From Candidatus Peribacter sp. (GTDB lineage: Bacteria > Patescibacteriota > Gracilibacteria > Peribacterales > Peribacteraceae), in NCBI GenBank assembly GCA_030647195.1, contig JAUSKD010000003.1, forward strand, positions 28,724 to 92,723: 64,000 nt of DNA, given 5' to 3'. This document shows, piece by piece, positions 7,542 to 16,622 of this stretch. Position 1 is the first letter of the stretch; every line of letters begins with the position of its first letter. A program made the translations under genes and the position numbers. The notes below the pieces were generated by a model, which was given only the letters and a program-made list of their open reading frames with translations, did no database searches and was not told the origin of the DNA.

Positions 7542-9347
7542 TTATTTTTCCTCTTGGGCCACGGTGATCTCTTTCGCGCCTCCTCCGAGCACTGCTTTGA
7601 TGCGCCGCACACCAGCCGAGGAGCTCTCTTCTTTCTGGATCTTGAATGTTCCAAGCATCCCCGTGCGGGCAACGTGAGGTCCGCCGCAGATTTCTTTGCT
7701 GAAGACTTTCTCCCCCTTGCCGACCACGTAGACTTTGACTTCGGCTCCGTAGCGCGCGTCAAAGACTCCTATCGCGCCCTCCTTCTTCGCACCTTCCACA
7801 TCCGTCACGTGGTAGGTCACGGGCAAATCCGCTGCAATCGCGCCATTCACCAGTTGCTCCACTTCTGTGATCTGCTCCGGCGTCATTTTGTCCGGATGAC
7901 TGAAGTCGAAGCGAAGCCGCTCCGCCGTAATGTTGCTTCCCTTCTGGAAGACGTGGTCGCCGAGGACCTTTCGGAGAGCGGCATCGAGCAGGTGGGTCGC
8001 CGTGTGCAGCTTGGTCGTTTCGCCGCTGTGATCCTGCAGGCCGCCCTTGAACTTGGCTTCCGCTCCGGCGCGCGAGAGCGACTGATGCTCCTCGAATTTC
8101 TTTTTGAATCCCTGCTCATCCACGGTGAGTCCCTTCTCGAGCGCGAGCTCCTTCGTCAGCTCCAGCGGAAATCCGTAGGTGTCGTAGAGGTGGAAGACCG
8201 TCGTGCCATCCATCTGTGTTCCTGTTTCCTGCACCGCCCGCTCGAACTGTTTCATCCCTTCTTTCAGCGTCCTGCCGAACTGCTCTTCCTCCCGTTTGAG
8301 GGCATCCAAAATATCCGTGCGTCGTTCCTTCAGTTTTTCGTATACGTGGCCGTACTGGGCAACCACCGTCTCGGCGATTGCAGGCGTGAACGTGCCGTCG
8401 TGTTCTATCTTCAGTTGCCGCGCGGAGCGGATGGCCCGGCGGATGAGGCGCCGCAGAATGTAGCCCTGATCCACGTTCGAGGGCAGAACGCCGTCGGCGA
8501 TGATGAACGTCGCCGCCTTGAGGTGATCCACAATGATGCGCAGATGCCGTTCATCCTTCTGGTCTGCCATCTGCATCACGCGGTCGAAAATCGGTTTCAT
8601 CCGGTCCGTCTCGTACACGTTCGCCGCCCCCTGCAGCACCCGGGCGATGCGCTCCAGTCCCATCCCCGTATCCACGTTCTGCTGCTTTAAGGGCTCGAAA
8701 GTACCGTCCGCCTTTTTGTTGTACTGCATGAAGACGTCGTTCCAGACCTCCATCCAGTCCGCGTCATGCGTCGCCGGGTTTCCCTGCGGCTTGCCCTTGC
8801 CCACCCAGTAGAACATCTCGGTATCGGGTCCGCACGGGCCGGTCTGCCCTGCCGGTCCCCACCAGTTGTTGGCCTTGGGCAGGAAGCCGATGCGCTCACG
8901 CGGCATGCCCATTTTTTCCCAGATTCCGGCCGACTCCTCGTCCTTCGGCGCGTCCTTGTCGCCTGCGAAGCACGTCACTGCCAGCATCTCCTTTGGAATT
9001 TCCAGGATCTCCGTGAGGAAGCGGTAACTCATGGAAATCGCTCCTTCCTTGAAATAATCCCCGAGGCTCCAGTTGCCCAGCATCTCGAAGAACGTTAAAT
9101 GTGACGCGTCTCCCACTTCGTCGATGTCCTGCGTGCGGATGCACTTCTGCACGTCCGTGAGGCGCTTGCCCGCCGGGTGCGCTTCGCCGAGCAGATAGGG
9201 AACGAGCGGGTGCATGCCGGCCGTGGTGAAGAGCACGGTCGGATCATTTTCGGGAATGAGCGAGGCGCCCGGGATCACGGCATGTCCCTGCCCTCTGAAG
9301 AAGTCCAGGTATGCCTTTCGAATGTCATCTGTGGTCATGGGAGGCAT
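7542..9347 (-). CDS. alaS: Alanyl-tRNA synthetase, compact form (601 aa) lacking a C-Ala domain
   Basis: N-terminus DIRKAYLDFFRGQGHAVIPGASLIPENDPTVLFTTAGMHPLVPY...FEMLGNWSLGDYFK. Editing-domain motifs HTATHLL and CGGPHV are present. The protein ends shortly after the editing domain. Confidence 0.9.
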   Translation of the reverse strand: MPPMTTDDIRKAYLDFFRGQGHAVIPGASLIPENDPTVLFTTAGMHPLVPYLLGEAHPAGKRLTDVQKCIRTQDIDEVGDASHLTFFEMLGNWSLGDYFKEGAISMSYRFLTEILEIPKEMLAVTCFAGDKDAPKDEESAGIWEKMGMPRERIGFLPKANNWWGPAGQTGPCGPDTEMFYWVGKGKPQGNPATHDADWMEVWNDVFMQYNKKADGTFEPLKQQNVDTGMGLERIARVLQGAANVYETDRMKPIFDRVMQMADQKDERHLRIIVDHLKAATFIIADGVLPSNVDQGYILRRLIRRAIRSARQLKIEHDGTFTPAIAETVVAQYGHVYEKLKERRTDILDALKREEEQFGRTLKEGMKQFERAVQETGTQMDGTTVFHLYDTYGFPLELTKELALEKGLTVDEQGFKKKFEEHQSLSRAGAEAKFKGGLQDHSGETTKLHTATHLLDAALRKVLGDHVFQKGSNITAERLRFDFSHPDKMTPEQITEVEQLVNGAIAADLPVTYHVTDVEGAKKEGAIGVFDARYGAEVKVYVVGKGEKVFSKEICGGPHVARTGMLGTFKIQKEESSSAGVRRIKAVLGGGAKEITVAQEEK

Positions 9348-9832
9348 GGATGGAGGGGGAGAGTCGGCTTGCCCGGCGAAGCTCCGAGCAGAGCGAGGTG
9401 CGAAGACGGGTCGTCATGTTGCGCATGTGCGGCAAGGATATCAGAAGGATGGGAGATCGACGGATGTTTTTCTCAATTTCACCAATGTGCCTCTGGTGAT
9501 GACAAAAGGAGTGATCTATCCCTCGTTGAAGGAAATATGAACCCGTTTCTTCCGTCAGGGGGCTAGGGCACCTTGCCACGCCCGTACCGAACGTCGGTAC
9601 GTTCGGGCGGGTTCGGTTCCCTAAGCCCCCCGACACCCCCTTTACCCTCCTAACAGTACACCGCATCAACCATACAACTATTTCATTGTTAGATACCCAC
9701 ACGTGCTCAACGGATGTATGTGTTTCTGTACTGATTTGTTCCTGTTTTTTGTATATGTTTTTCTGTTTTGTTGCTGTTCTTCTGCTATGGCAGGAATGGC
9801 AGTTTTTTGCTATAATAAGCGCAATACACACT

Positions 9833-11278
9833 ATGAACTTCTCTACGCCCTCTCTACGGCGCCCTTCAGCCCTTTTGTCGTGGAAGATCGTTCTGTTGCT
9901 CGGGGTGACTCTGGCGGTGGTGGCGGGAGCGTGTGTCTTCTTCTTCCTGCACAGCAGGGGCATCATCGACCATCTCGTGAAGGATCGTCTGCGCAACGAA
10001 GCGGCCATTGCCGCGCTGAATTTCACCGGAGAAGAACTAGCGTCCATTCATACGCAGGCGGACATGCAATCCCCGGAATTCGGGGCGCTCGTCTGGCGGC
10101 TCAAGGATATCCGTGCGCGCACGCCGCAGATCCGTTTCGCGTACATCATGCGCCGCACGGCGGATCCGGACATGCTGGAATTCGTGGCGGATGCCGATGC
10201 GCTCAGTTCCGTCGAAGAGCTCGATGCCAACAAGAACGGGGTGCTCGATACATCGGAAGAGCCGGGACTGCCGGGGGATTTGTATCCCATTACGGACATG
10301 ACGGCGCTTCAGTCGGCGGCGTTTGTGGCGCCCACGACCGATGAAAAAGTCACACTCGATCAGTGGGGATACTCGCTCTCGGGCTACGCGCCGATTTTTG
10401 ACGCGAGTGGCAAGGTGGTCGCTGTGCTCGGGCTCGATATGCTGGCGGAGGATTACGCCGCCATCCTGCAGAGCATCTTCTCGCTGCAGGCCATGCTGCT
10501 GATGCTGCTGGGCGGGATTCTGATTACGTTTTCGGTGATGGGCTTTGTTCTCCGTCACCGCATGGACGAGATGAATCATCTCGATGATGAGCGTCGCTGG
10601 CTGCTGCAGCTGATCCTGCACCAGGTGGGAACGCCGCTCACGATTTTCAAGTGGGGGGTCGAGTCCCTGCAGGACATGCTGCCGCGCCTGCCGGAATCGG
10701 CGAAGGCGGAAGTACAGGAAAACACACTCATTTTGGAAGACGGCGTCTCACGCCTCGATCACGTTGCGGAAGTGCTGCTGGCGGCTGACCGTATTCAGGA
10801 GGGGAGTATGCAGATGGCGCAGGAGCGCGTTTCGCTGCGCAGCGTCATCAATGAAACCGTTGCCGGGATCGAGCCCCGCCTTCAGAAGCGCGAACAACAG
10901 GTGCGGGTGGACATGCCGGAGGATGCCTGGCTGCACCTGGACCGGCGTCTGCTCGCGGGGGTGCTGCGGGAGCTCCTCGACAATGCGATGGTGTATTCGC
11001 CGAAGAGCGGCGTGATTTCGATTCGAGTGGTGCGGAAAAACAAGCATGTGGAAGTCAGTGTGGCTGATCAGGGCGCCGGCATCCCGCCCGAAGATCTCTC
11101 GCGTGTATTCCAGCGCTTCAGCCGCGGTTCCAATGCGGGCAAGTTCGATCCCAACGGGACGGGAGTGGGTCTGTACATTGCCAAAGGCATCATCGAGCGT
11201 TTCGGCGGCAAGATCGCACTGCACTCCGTGGAGGGGGAGGGTACGACGATCACCTTTTCCCTTCCGATTACGCAGTGA
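9833..11278 (+). CDS. Sensor histidine kinase with an N-terminal TM anchor
   Basis: H-box LHQVGTPLT and HATPase motifs LLDNAMVYSP, DQGAGIP, GTGVGLYIAKGI. Start moved to MNFSTPS (9833), which is preceded by TATAAT at 9811-9816. Confidence 0.8.
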   Translation: MNFSTPSLRRPSALLSWKIVLLLGVTLAVVAGACVFFFLHSRGIIDHLVKDRLRNEAAIAALNFTGEELASIHTQADMQSPEFGALVWRLKDIRARTPQIRFAYIMRRTADPDMLEFVADADALSSVEELDANKNGVLDTSEEPGLPGDLYPITDMTALQSAAFVAPTTDEKVTLDQWGYSLSGYAPIFDASGKVVAVLGLDMLAEDYAAILQSIFSLQAMLLMLLGGILITFSVMGFVLRHRMDEMNHLDDERRWLLQLILHQVGTPLTIFKWGVESLQDMLPRLPESAKAEVQENTLILEDGVSRLDHVAEVLLAADRIQEGSMQMAQERVSLRSVINETVAGIEPRLQKREQQVRVDMPEDAWLHLDRRLLAGVLRELLDNAMVYSPKSGVISIRVVRKNKHVEVSVADQGAGIPPEDLSRVFQRFSRGSNAGKFDPNGTGVGLYIAKGIIERFGGKIALHSVEGEGTTITFSLPITQ

Positions 11279-12308
11279 CGGCGGTGCCGTTGGGGGTCGA
11301 CCCGTTCTTCTTTTTTCCGTTACCGTGTCCGTTCCTGACTTTTTCGCCTTTGGTGGCCGCGTCCGTCTGAACAGATGGGGGGGTGGGGGGGAGACGGTGG
11401 AGGATGGTGGCATACGGGGCGTTCTTTTCTTTCACGGCGCAGTCGCGCGCGGCAATCGTTTCTTTGAGCAGGCGCTGGATGGACTGAAGAGTGGTCTGCA
11501 TGGTTTTTTGGACCTCGGGGGATTGCAATGAGTTTGTCGCTCTCTCAAGGGAGGCGGCGTCATTCTGGATTGCCGCAATGCGCGGAGCCCACGCTGTCTC
11601 CACTGCACCGCGGATCGTGCCGGTCACGGCGAGGATGCGACTGCGCAGATCGCCCGAGAGCTTTTCGATGCATGCGACCGTCCGAGCGAATCGCTCATTC
11701 TCCACCTCATGAAGGCGCGAGAGCCGGTTGCCGCTCGCCGCGAGCTCCTCTGTGTACTGGGCGGCATCGAAGTCCCGGGGCAGGGAGCTGAAGTGATGGT
11801 GCGCGAGAAAGCTGCCGTCACTCGCATACGTGAAACGCTTTCGCACATCGCGGAGCTGGAGCGCACGCAGACCGGGGATGGCGGCGATGGGCAGAGCATC
11901 GCATTGCTGGCAGAAGCGCAGATAGTTTTCTTTCTGGGCATCTGCCGTCCGTGTTTCCCGCCTGTGCTGTTTGTCAGAGAGCCGCGAGAGCAGTTGCGCG
12001 CAGAATTTGCGGCGTTGCCACAGGCTGGGCAAAAGCGCACAGATCAGGTCAAAGAAGTGATCTTTCCCCTCGCTGCGCACCTGGGTGATAGCCTGCAGAA
12101 CGCGATCCGGTCCGCAATGATCGATCAATTCCTGTGCAATCGCATGTTCAGAGAGGCCCGCCAGATGTTCGACCGTTGTGTGTCGCAGCATTGCACGGCT
12201 GTATTCGGCTGCGATGACGTCGGCCTCCTGCTGCAGTTCCGGCAGGTCGCTGCCGGAGGGATCGGAGAGCGGGTGATGTGCGGTTTTTGGCGTCTCGCTC
12301 ATTGACAT
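11268..12308 (-). CDS. Hypothetical protein
   Basis: Long ORF in a coding-like context with no motif recognised. Start moved to MSMSETP (12308) so that it clears the ppcA stop. Confidence 0.45.
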   Translation of the reverse strand: MSMSETPKTAHHPLSDPSGSDLPELQQEADVIAAEYSRAMLRHTTVEHLAGLSEHAIAQELIDHCGPDRVLQAITQVRSEGKDHFFDLICALLPSLWQRRKFCAQLLSRLSDKQHRRETRTADAQKENYLRFCQQCDALPIAAIPGLRALQLRDVRKRFTYASDGSFLAHHHFSSLPRDFDAAQYTEELAASGNRLSRLHEVENERFARTVACIEKLSGDLRSRILAVTGTIRGAVETAWAPRIAAIQNDAASLERATNSLQSPEVQKTMQTTLQSIQRLLKETIAARDCAVKEKNAPYATILHRLPPTPPSVQTDAATKGEKVRNGHGNGKKKNGSTPNGTAVTA

Positions 12309-12378
12309 ATTTGCGAAATATGCTACTCGAAATTTTGAGCAAGTCAATGCTCCTGGCCGCGACACCAAGGGTATGCAT

Positions 12379-13911
12379 TTACCCCAGGCTACAGCGAATC
12401 TTGCCCGCTTCGACGATATCGCTCTGCAGGGCATCCGGATCCGAATTGGTGCTCTGCAGCCGGTGGAAGATCGTGGAAGTGATATTGCGGTGGATGATGT
12501 GGTGCGGTTTTTCGGGACTCAGAGTGATGCCCAAAATCTCCTCGATTGCGGCGATATCCTCCTTCACCTGCTCAAATGCGACAAACCGCCGCGCGAGCAG
12601 ATCCAGATTCTCGCGGTTGAGGAATTTACCCGCGTGCTTCAGGTCGTCGCGCAGGGCGGGGTAGTGCCGCTCGAGCAGAGGGAGCAGGCCTTTTTCCCGT
12701 ACCGCCTTGAGTCCGCGCCCGGTCGCAATCAGCTCCGGCGGGACGCCGAGCGAGTAGAAGGCGCAGGTGAAGCCGATGGCGCGGGGGAGCTTGACGGCAC
12801 CGATACCGCGGCTGTAACCAAAGAGGCCGATATGGAGCAACCGTTCGCGGCGCGCGGGGATGAAGGTGGCGATCTCATTGATGACCGGCGCAAGGGCTTC
12901 AATAGTGGGCTTCCAGTGGACGACGAAGAGGTCGGCAAGCTCGCGAAGCTTCTGACGGTCGGCGAGTGAGATGCGCTGCACGGAGCGCTTAGGCGCTTCC
13001 GTTCTGATTTCGGCGAGCGCCCGCTGAACATCCGAAAGAGGATAGTCATAGCGGAAGGCGGACTGGATGGAGTAGGTGCGCGTGCCGGCGTATTGGTCCA
13101 GAAAAGTTTTGGTATACGTGGGGTTCACGCTCCCGCGGAAGGGCAGCGACCCGGTCCCGAGGATTGGGAAAACTTCAAATCCCATCCGCGCAGCCAACTC
13201 GTCCGCTGTGCTCAAGGCGGCGCGCACGGCCAGCACCGCAGGGACGAGTCCGGAGTTCATGGCAGGGTCCGAACGTGCGAGGAAGATGCGCTGGCCCCGC
13301 GTCTTGAGATCCTTCTTCTCGTTCAGGAGTTCCTGCCAGTAGGGTTCCAGGATTTTCTCGATCGTAAACAGCGAATCAATGTCCTCCACGAGGGGAGTCA
13401 CATTGATGAGCTCGAACAGATTCAGCTCGTCCTCTCTGCTCTGGTGAAAGACGGAACGGTGGTAGTCGGCCGTTTCGCGAAAGGCACGCCGCGCAGAGAT
13501 CGGCTGGTCCGCCGATGTCGTGAGTGGCAGGAACATCTCGGTCACGGGCGGCCGCTTGAGGCCTATTTCCTTGGCCAGATCGGCGAGCGAGAGGATGTTC
13601 ATGAAGGCGCGGGCGGCGCGGTGCGTCTTGCCCTCCTGCCACGACGGAATGCGGAACGTCAGGTGCACCTCTTCACCCAGCGGCTTCATCACAAAGAAAT
13701 CCTGCGCGCGCGAGAAGAGCTTCTCGCCCACGGCTTCATCCACGTACTTGCCCTCCCAGTCCCACATGTACTCGTCGATGGGCAGTTCCTTAAAGAGCAG
13801 GAGCAGTTCCTCGATCTCATCCTGCGTGGGGATGAAGGCGTCTGTGCGCCACCACGGCACCCCGGCGTTATCCGGGTGCTGCGTGGCCATGGTGACGGGC
13901 GGCCAGATCAT
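12379..13911 (-). CDS. ppcA: Archaeal-type phosphoenolpyruvate carboxylase
   Basis: 510 aa, starting ...MATQHPDN followed by PIDEYMWDWEGK. Length and N-terminal signature match the PepcA family as I remember it. Confidence 0.7.
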   Translation of the reverse strand: MIWPPVTMATQHPDNAGVPWWRTDAFIPTQDEIEELLLLFKELPIDEYMWDWEGKYVDEAVGEKLFSRAQDFFVMKPLGEEVHLTFRIPSWQEGKTHRAARAFMNILSLADLAKEIGLKRPPVTEMFLPLTTSADQPISARRAFRETADYHRSVFHQSREDELNLFELINVTPLVEDIDSLFTIEKILEPYWQELLNEKKDLKTRGQRIFLARSDPAMNSGLVPAVLAVRAALSTADELAARMGFEVFPILGTGSLPFRGSVNPTYTKTFLDQYAGTRTYSIQSAFRYDYPLSDVQRALAEIRTEAPKRSVQRISLADRQKLRELADLFVVHWKPTIEALAPVINEIATFIPARRERLLHIGLFGYSRGIGAVKLPRAIGFTCAFYSLGVPPELIATGRGLKAVREKGLLPLLERHYPALRDDLKHAGKFLNRENLDLLARRFVAFEQVKEDIAAIEEILGITLSPEKPHHIIHRNITSTIFHRLQSTNSDPDALQSDIVEAGKIRCSLG

Positions 13912-13932
13912 GGAGGAATCCTACACTATATC

Positions 13933-13999
13933 GATTTGCGATTTATTGATTTACGATTTGCGATTTTTTACCGTTCTTCAAATCGCAAATCATGAAATC
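13933..13999. repeat. GATTTNN heptamer element, copy B (5 direct plus 3 inverted units) in the ppcA/aminotransferase divergent region
   Basis: GATTT starts at 13933, 13940, 13948, 13955 and 13962. Inverted AAATC units start at 13980, 13987 and 13995. Confidence 0.6.
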
Positions 14000-14040
14000 C
14001 TACCATCGCAAATACGTCTGTTTGCGGTAAGCTTCCTAGT

Positions 14041-15201
14041 GTGATTCCTTCGCCATTCGCTCATCTTCCTCCTGCGCCCGTCGACCCCGTCTTCGCCATT
14101 GCAGCCGAGGCGAAATCAGCGGGAGAGGGGACGATTGACGCGACCGTGGGGGTGATCAGTGATGAAACGGGAACGCCGCTCATGCTCCCGGGCGTGCGCC
14201 GGGCGATTGAGTCGTTTGCACGTTCGTTCCCGCAGGGGAATTTCGCCTACCCGCCGCTTCTCGGGTTTCCGGAATTCCGTTCGGGCGTGACGCGGCTGAT
14301 CTTCGGCGATCAAACTGACGCCATCGCCTCCATCGCGACCACGGGTGGCACGGGTGCCGTGACCATCAATCTCAAGCTCTTAAAGCTCCTCGGCATCCGT
14401 GAAGTGCTCCTGCCGGTTCCCTCGTGGCCAAACCACAGGCGGCTTCTCACGTCCCTCGGGTTCATCGTCCACGAGGTGCCGCATCTGGAACGGGGAAGTA
14501 CATCCCTCCACGGGATAATGGAAGCACTGTCGGCGGCCAAGCAGCCGTGCGGAGTTCTGCTGCAGGCTTGTGGCCACAATCCGACTGGGTTGGATTTCAC
14601 CGATGAGCAGTGGCGGGAGCTCGCTACGTTCCTCCGGAAGAAAGAGCACGTAGTCCTGCTCGATCTGGCCTATCAGGGATTGGTCAGAGGAGTGGAGGAG
14701 GATGCGGCTTCTGTGCGACTCCTGCGCGAAGCGGGCATCCCGCTGCTCGTGGCGTGGTCCGCGTCCAAGAATCATTCCATCTATGGACTTCGGACAGGAT
14801 TGGCCTGTGCCGTTGCCTCCGATGCCGCCGAGCGGGAGGAACTGGAACGCCACTTCATGATCCTCACGCGTGAAATGCATTCTGCTGCTCCCGTGACCGG
14901 GCAGCAGATTGTGGCTCTGGTGCAGCAGGAACATGCGGATCAGTGGAGGACGGATCTTGAGGATCTGCGGGCAGTGATCACGCGCAAGAGACGGACTCTG
15001 AAGGATGCCGTCCCGCCCTTCGCGGATGCACTCGCCGGCGCCGGCCTCTACGCGCTTCTGCCGTGTTCATCGGAGCAGATTCTTCTGTTCAAACAGCGAA
15101 AGATCTTTCTGCTTCCCGACGGTCGGGTGAACATCGCCGGCATCCCCGATGCGCGCATGGAAGAGTTCACAAACGCCTGCAAACAAATCATCGGGTCATA
15201 A
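14041..15201 (+). CDS. Class I aminotransferase, aspartate/aromatic (AspC/TyrB-like)
   Basis: VDPVFAIAAEAK...IDATVGVISDETG resembles the AspC N-terminus. PLP-lysine motif SASKNHSIYGLRTG. GTG start. Confidence 0.8.
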   Translation: MIPSPFAHLPPAPVDPVFAIAAEAKSAGEGTIDATVGVISDETGTPLMLPGVRRAIESFARSFPQGNFAYPPLLGFPEFRSGVTRLIFGDQTDAIASIATTGGTGAVTINLKLLKLLGIREVLLPVPSWPNHRRLLTSLGFIVHEVPHLERGSTSLHGIMEALSAAKQPCGVLLQACGHNPTGLDFTDEQWRELATFLRKKEHVVLLDLAYQGLVRGVEEDAASVRLLREAGIPLLVAWSASKNHSIYGLRTGLACAVASDAAEREELERHFMILTREMHSAAPVTGQQIVALVQQEHADQWRTDLEDLRAVITRKRRTLKDAVPPFADALAGAGLYALLPCSSEQILLFKQRKIFLLPDGRVNIAGIPDARMEEFTNACKQIIGS

Positions 15202-15410
15202 GTCATGAAGTCCGCAAGATGTAACGTGGGCGAACAGTGTTGCCTGCGTGCGGTGTTCTTCCGAAGTTTCCGCTACCGGAAGGGCTGTGCGAGGGATATG
15301 TATTGTTGTAAGAAAATTGAACAGATCCATTGTGCCGTACGCAGCGCTCGTTGACGGCGCGTGCTGCCGTGACTACAACAGGGCATCTTTTTCCTTTTCC
15401 TCCCTCACCT

Positions 15411-15809
15411 ATGTCGACCGTCGAAGCACTTCCCGGTTCCTCCACTGCAGAGCGTGAGTTCAGCACGCCAGAGACATGGCCAGAGGGTGTGCCGCGCAAC
15501 GGGATGGAACTATCGCAGGAGCTCGACCTGATTCGCGGACCCAACTTCGAAAGGCGGATGGAATTGATGCAGAAGGACGGCCCTGAATTTGCCGAGATTC
15601 AGCAGATCGAATCCCGTCTGGCTTCGCTCACGTATTCCGCACGCCCGTTCACGGATCTGCGGGTGGCGAAGGGTATTGCGGAGGATCTGCAGCGGCTGCG
15701 CGATCTCTACGGAATGGGCAACAGAGTCGGACGCACGCTCCGGGGGTTTAAGCGCAAGGTGGGCGGATGGATAGCGAGGACTCCTGCAATGCAACGGGAT
15801 GCATTGTGA
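15411..15809 (+). CDS. Hypothetical protein (132 aa)
   Basis: ORF trimmed to MSTVEALP; no motif recognised. Confidence 0.3.
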   Translation: MSTVEALPGSSTAEREFSTPETWPEGVPRNGMELSQELDLIRGPNFERRMELMQKDGPEFAEIQQIESRLASLTYSARPFTDLRVAKGIAEDLQRLRDLYGMGNRVGRTLRGFKRKVGGWIARTPAMQRDAL

Positions 15810-15838
15810 TCTGTTTCCCCTTGCGGGATACAGTGAGG

Positions 15839-16285
15839 CTAGAACTTCACCGGGATGCGCACGTTCTGCGCCTTCGCAGGATCGCCCGACGGATTATCCT
15901 TCGCAAGCACGAGTGTGCCCGTCGTACCGGGAGCCACACTGAATGTCAGCGTGACGCTGAAGGGGACAAAGTCTTCTGTCATCCAATCCCCCTGTGCCTG
16001 TGCCGGTGCGGCCGTGATTTCGTTTCCGTTGGAATCCAGCAACCGCACGGGGAAACTCGCTTCGAAGTACCACGTTCCCCGGGCCTCACCCTTCACCGTG
16101 AGCGGGCTTGCGACGGTCGCGTTTGGGGCCGGTTCCGTGACGGAGATATCGCCCGCTGTTGAACTGGCCGCGGAACTCTGAGAAGGAGATCCACCGTCGC
16201 CGGGTGTTCCGGCAGCAGGCAGGCAGGCAGAGAACGCGAGTGTCGCAAGCAGGACTGCCGCGAAGGGGAGGGGAGAGAGTCTCAT
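15839..16285 (-). CDS. Lipoprotein with a Gmad2-type Ig-like domain
   Basis: Signal peptide plus lipobox LAFSAC. The domain pattern ISVTEP..VASPLTVKGEARGTWYFEASFPVRLLDSNG...DFVPFSVTLTF is typical of Gmad2. Confidence 0.6.
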   Translation of the reverse strand: MRLSPLPFAAVLLATLAFSACLPAAGTPGDGGSPSQSSAASSTAGDISVTEPAPNATVASPLTVKGEARGTWYFEASFPVRLLDSNGNEITAAPAQAQGDWMTEDFVPFSVTLTFSVAPGTTGTLVLAKDNPSGDPAKAQNVRIPVKF

Positions 16286-16370
16286 GGAGGAGAGAATAGG
16301 GGAGGCAGCGTCTCCGGGGTAGACATTCGGAGTAGTATTGCAGGTTCTTCTGCAAATATCGGCAATCTGC

Positions 16371-16376
16371 TATAAT
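16371..16376 (+). promoter_or_regulatory. -10 box TATAAT, 7 nt upstream of ATG 16384 (predicted leaderless transcript)
   Basis: Exact TATAAT; no Shine-Dalgarno between it and the ATG. Confidence 0.35.
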
Positions 16377-16383
16377 GAGAGAT

Positions 16384-16590
16384 ATGGATACCGAACCCAA
16401 CCGCAGCCCCGTCCACATCCCCGAGAGGGGGATTCCCAGGAATGAGACAACGAAGGCGGCATGGGCAGAGCTCGATATCGCGACGGCAGCGGTCGAAAAG
16501 CGCCCCGGTGATCCCGCCGTTCAGCAGCTCTTCCAGCAGGCCCGTCAAAACTTTGAAGCTTCCTTTGGCCAAATAGATATAGGAGCGTAG
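16384..16590 (+). CDS. Small hypothetical protein (68 aa)
   Basis: ORF directly upstream of the HATPase gene. Start chosen downstream of the TATAAT box. Confidence 0.3.
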   Translation: MDTEPNRSPVHIPERGIPRNETTKAAWAELDIATAAVEKRPGDPAVQQLFQQARQNFEASFGQIDIGA

Positions 16591-16622
16591 AAAAGGTCCC
16601 TCTTTCAACACACACACACACC

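Noticed and set aside
9348-9832. Possible T-box leader upstream of alaS
   Set aside because: No specifier-loop or T-box consensus (AAnnnGGGTGGTACCGCG-like) could be found on the minus strand.
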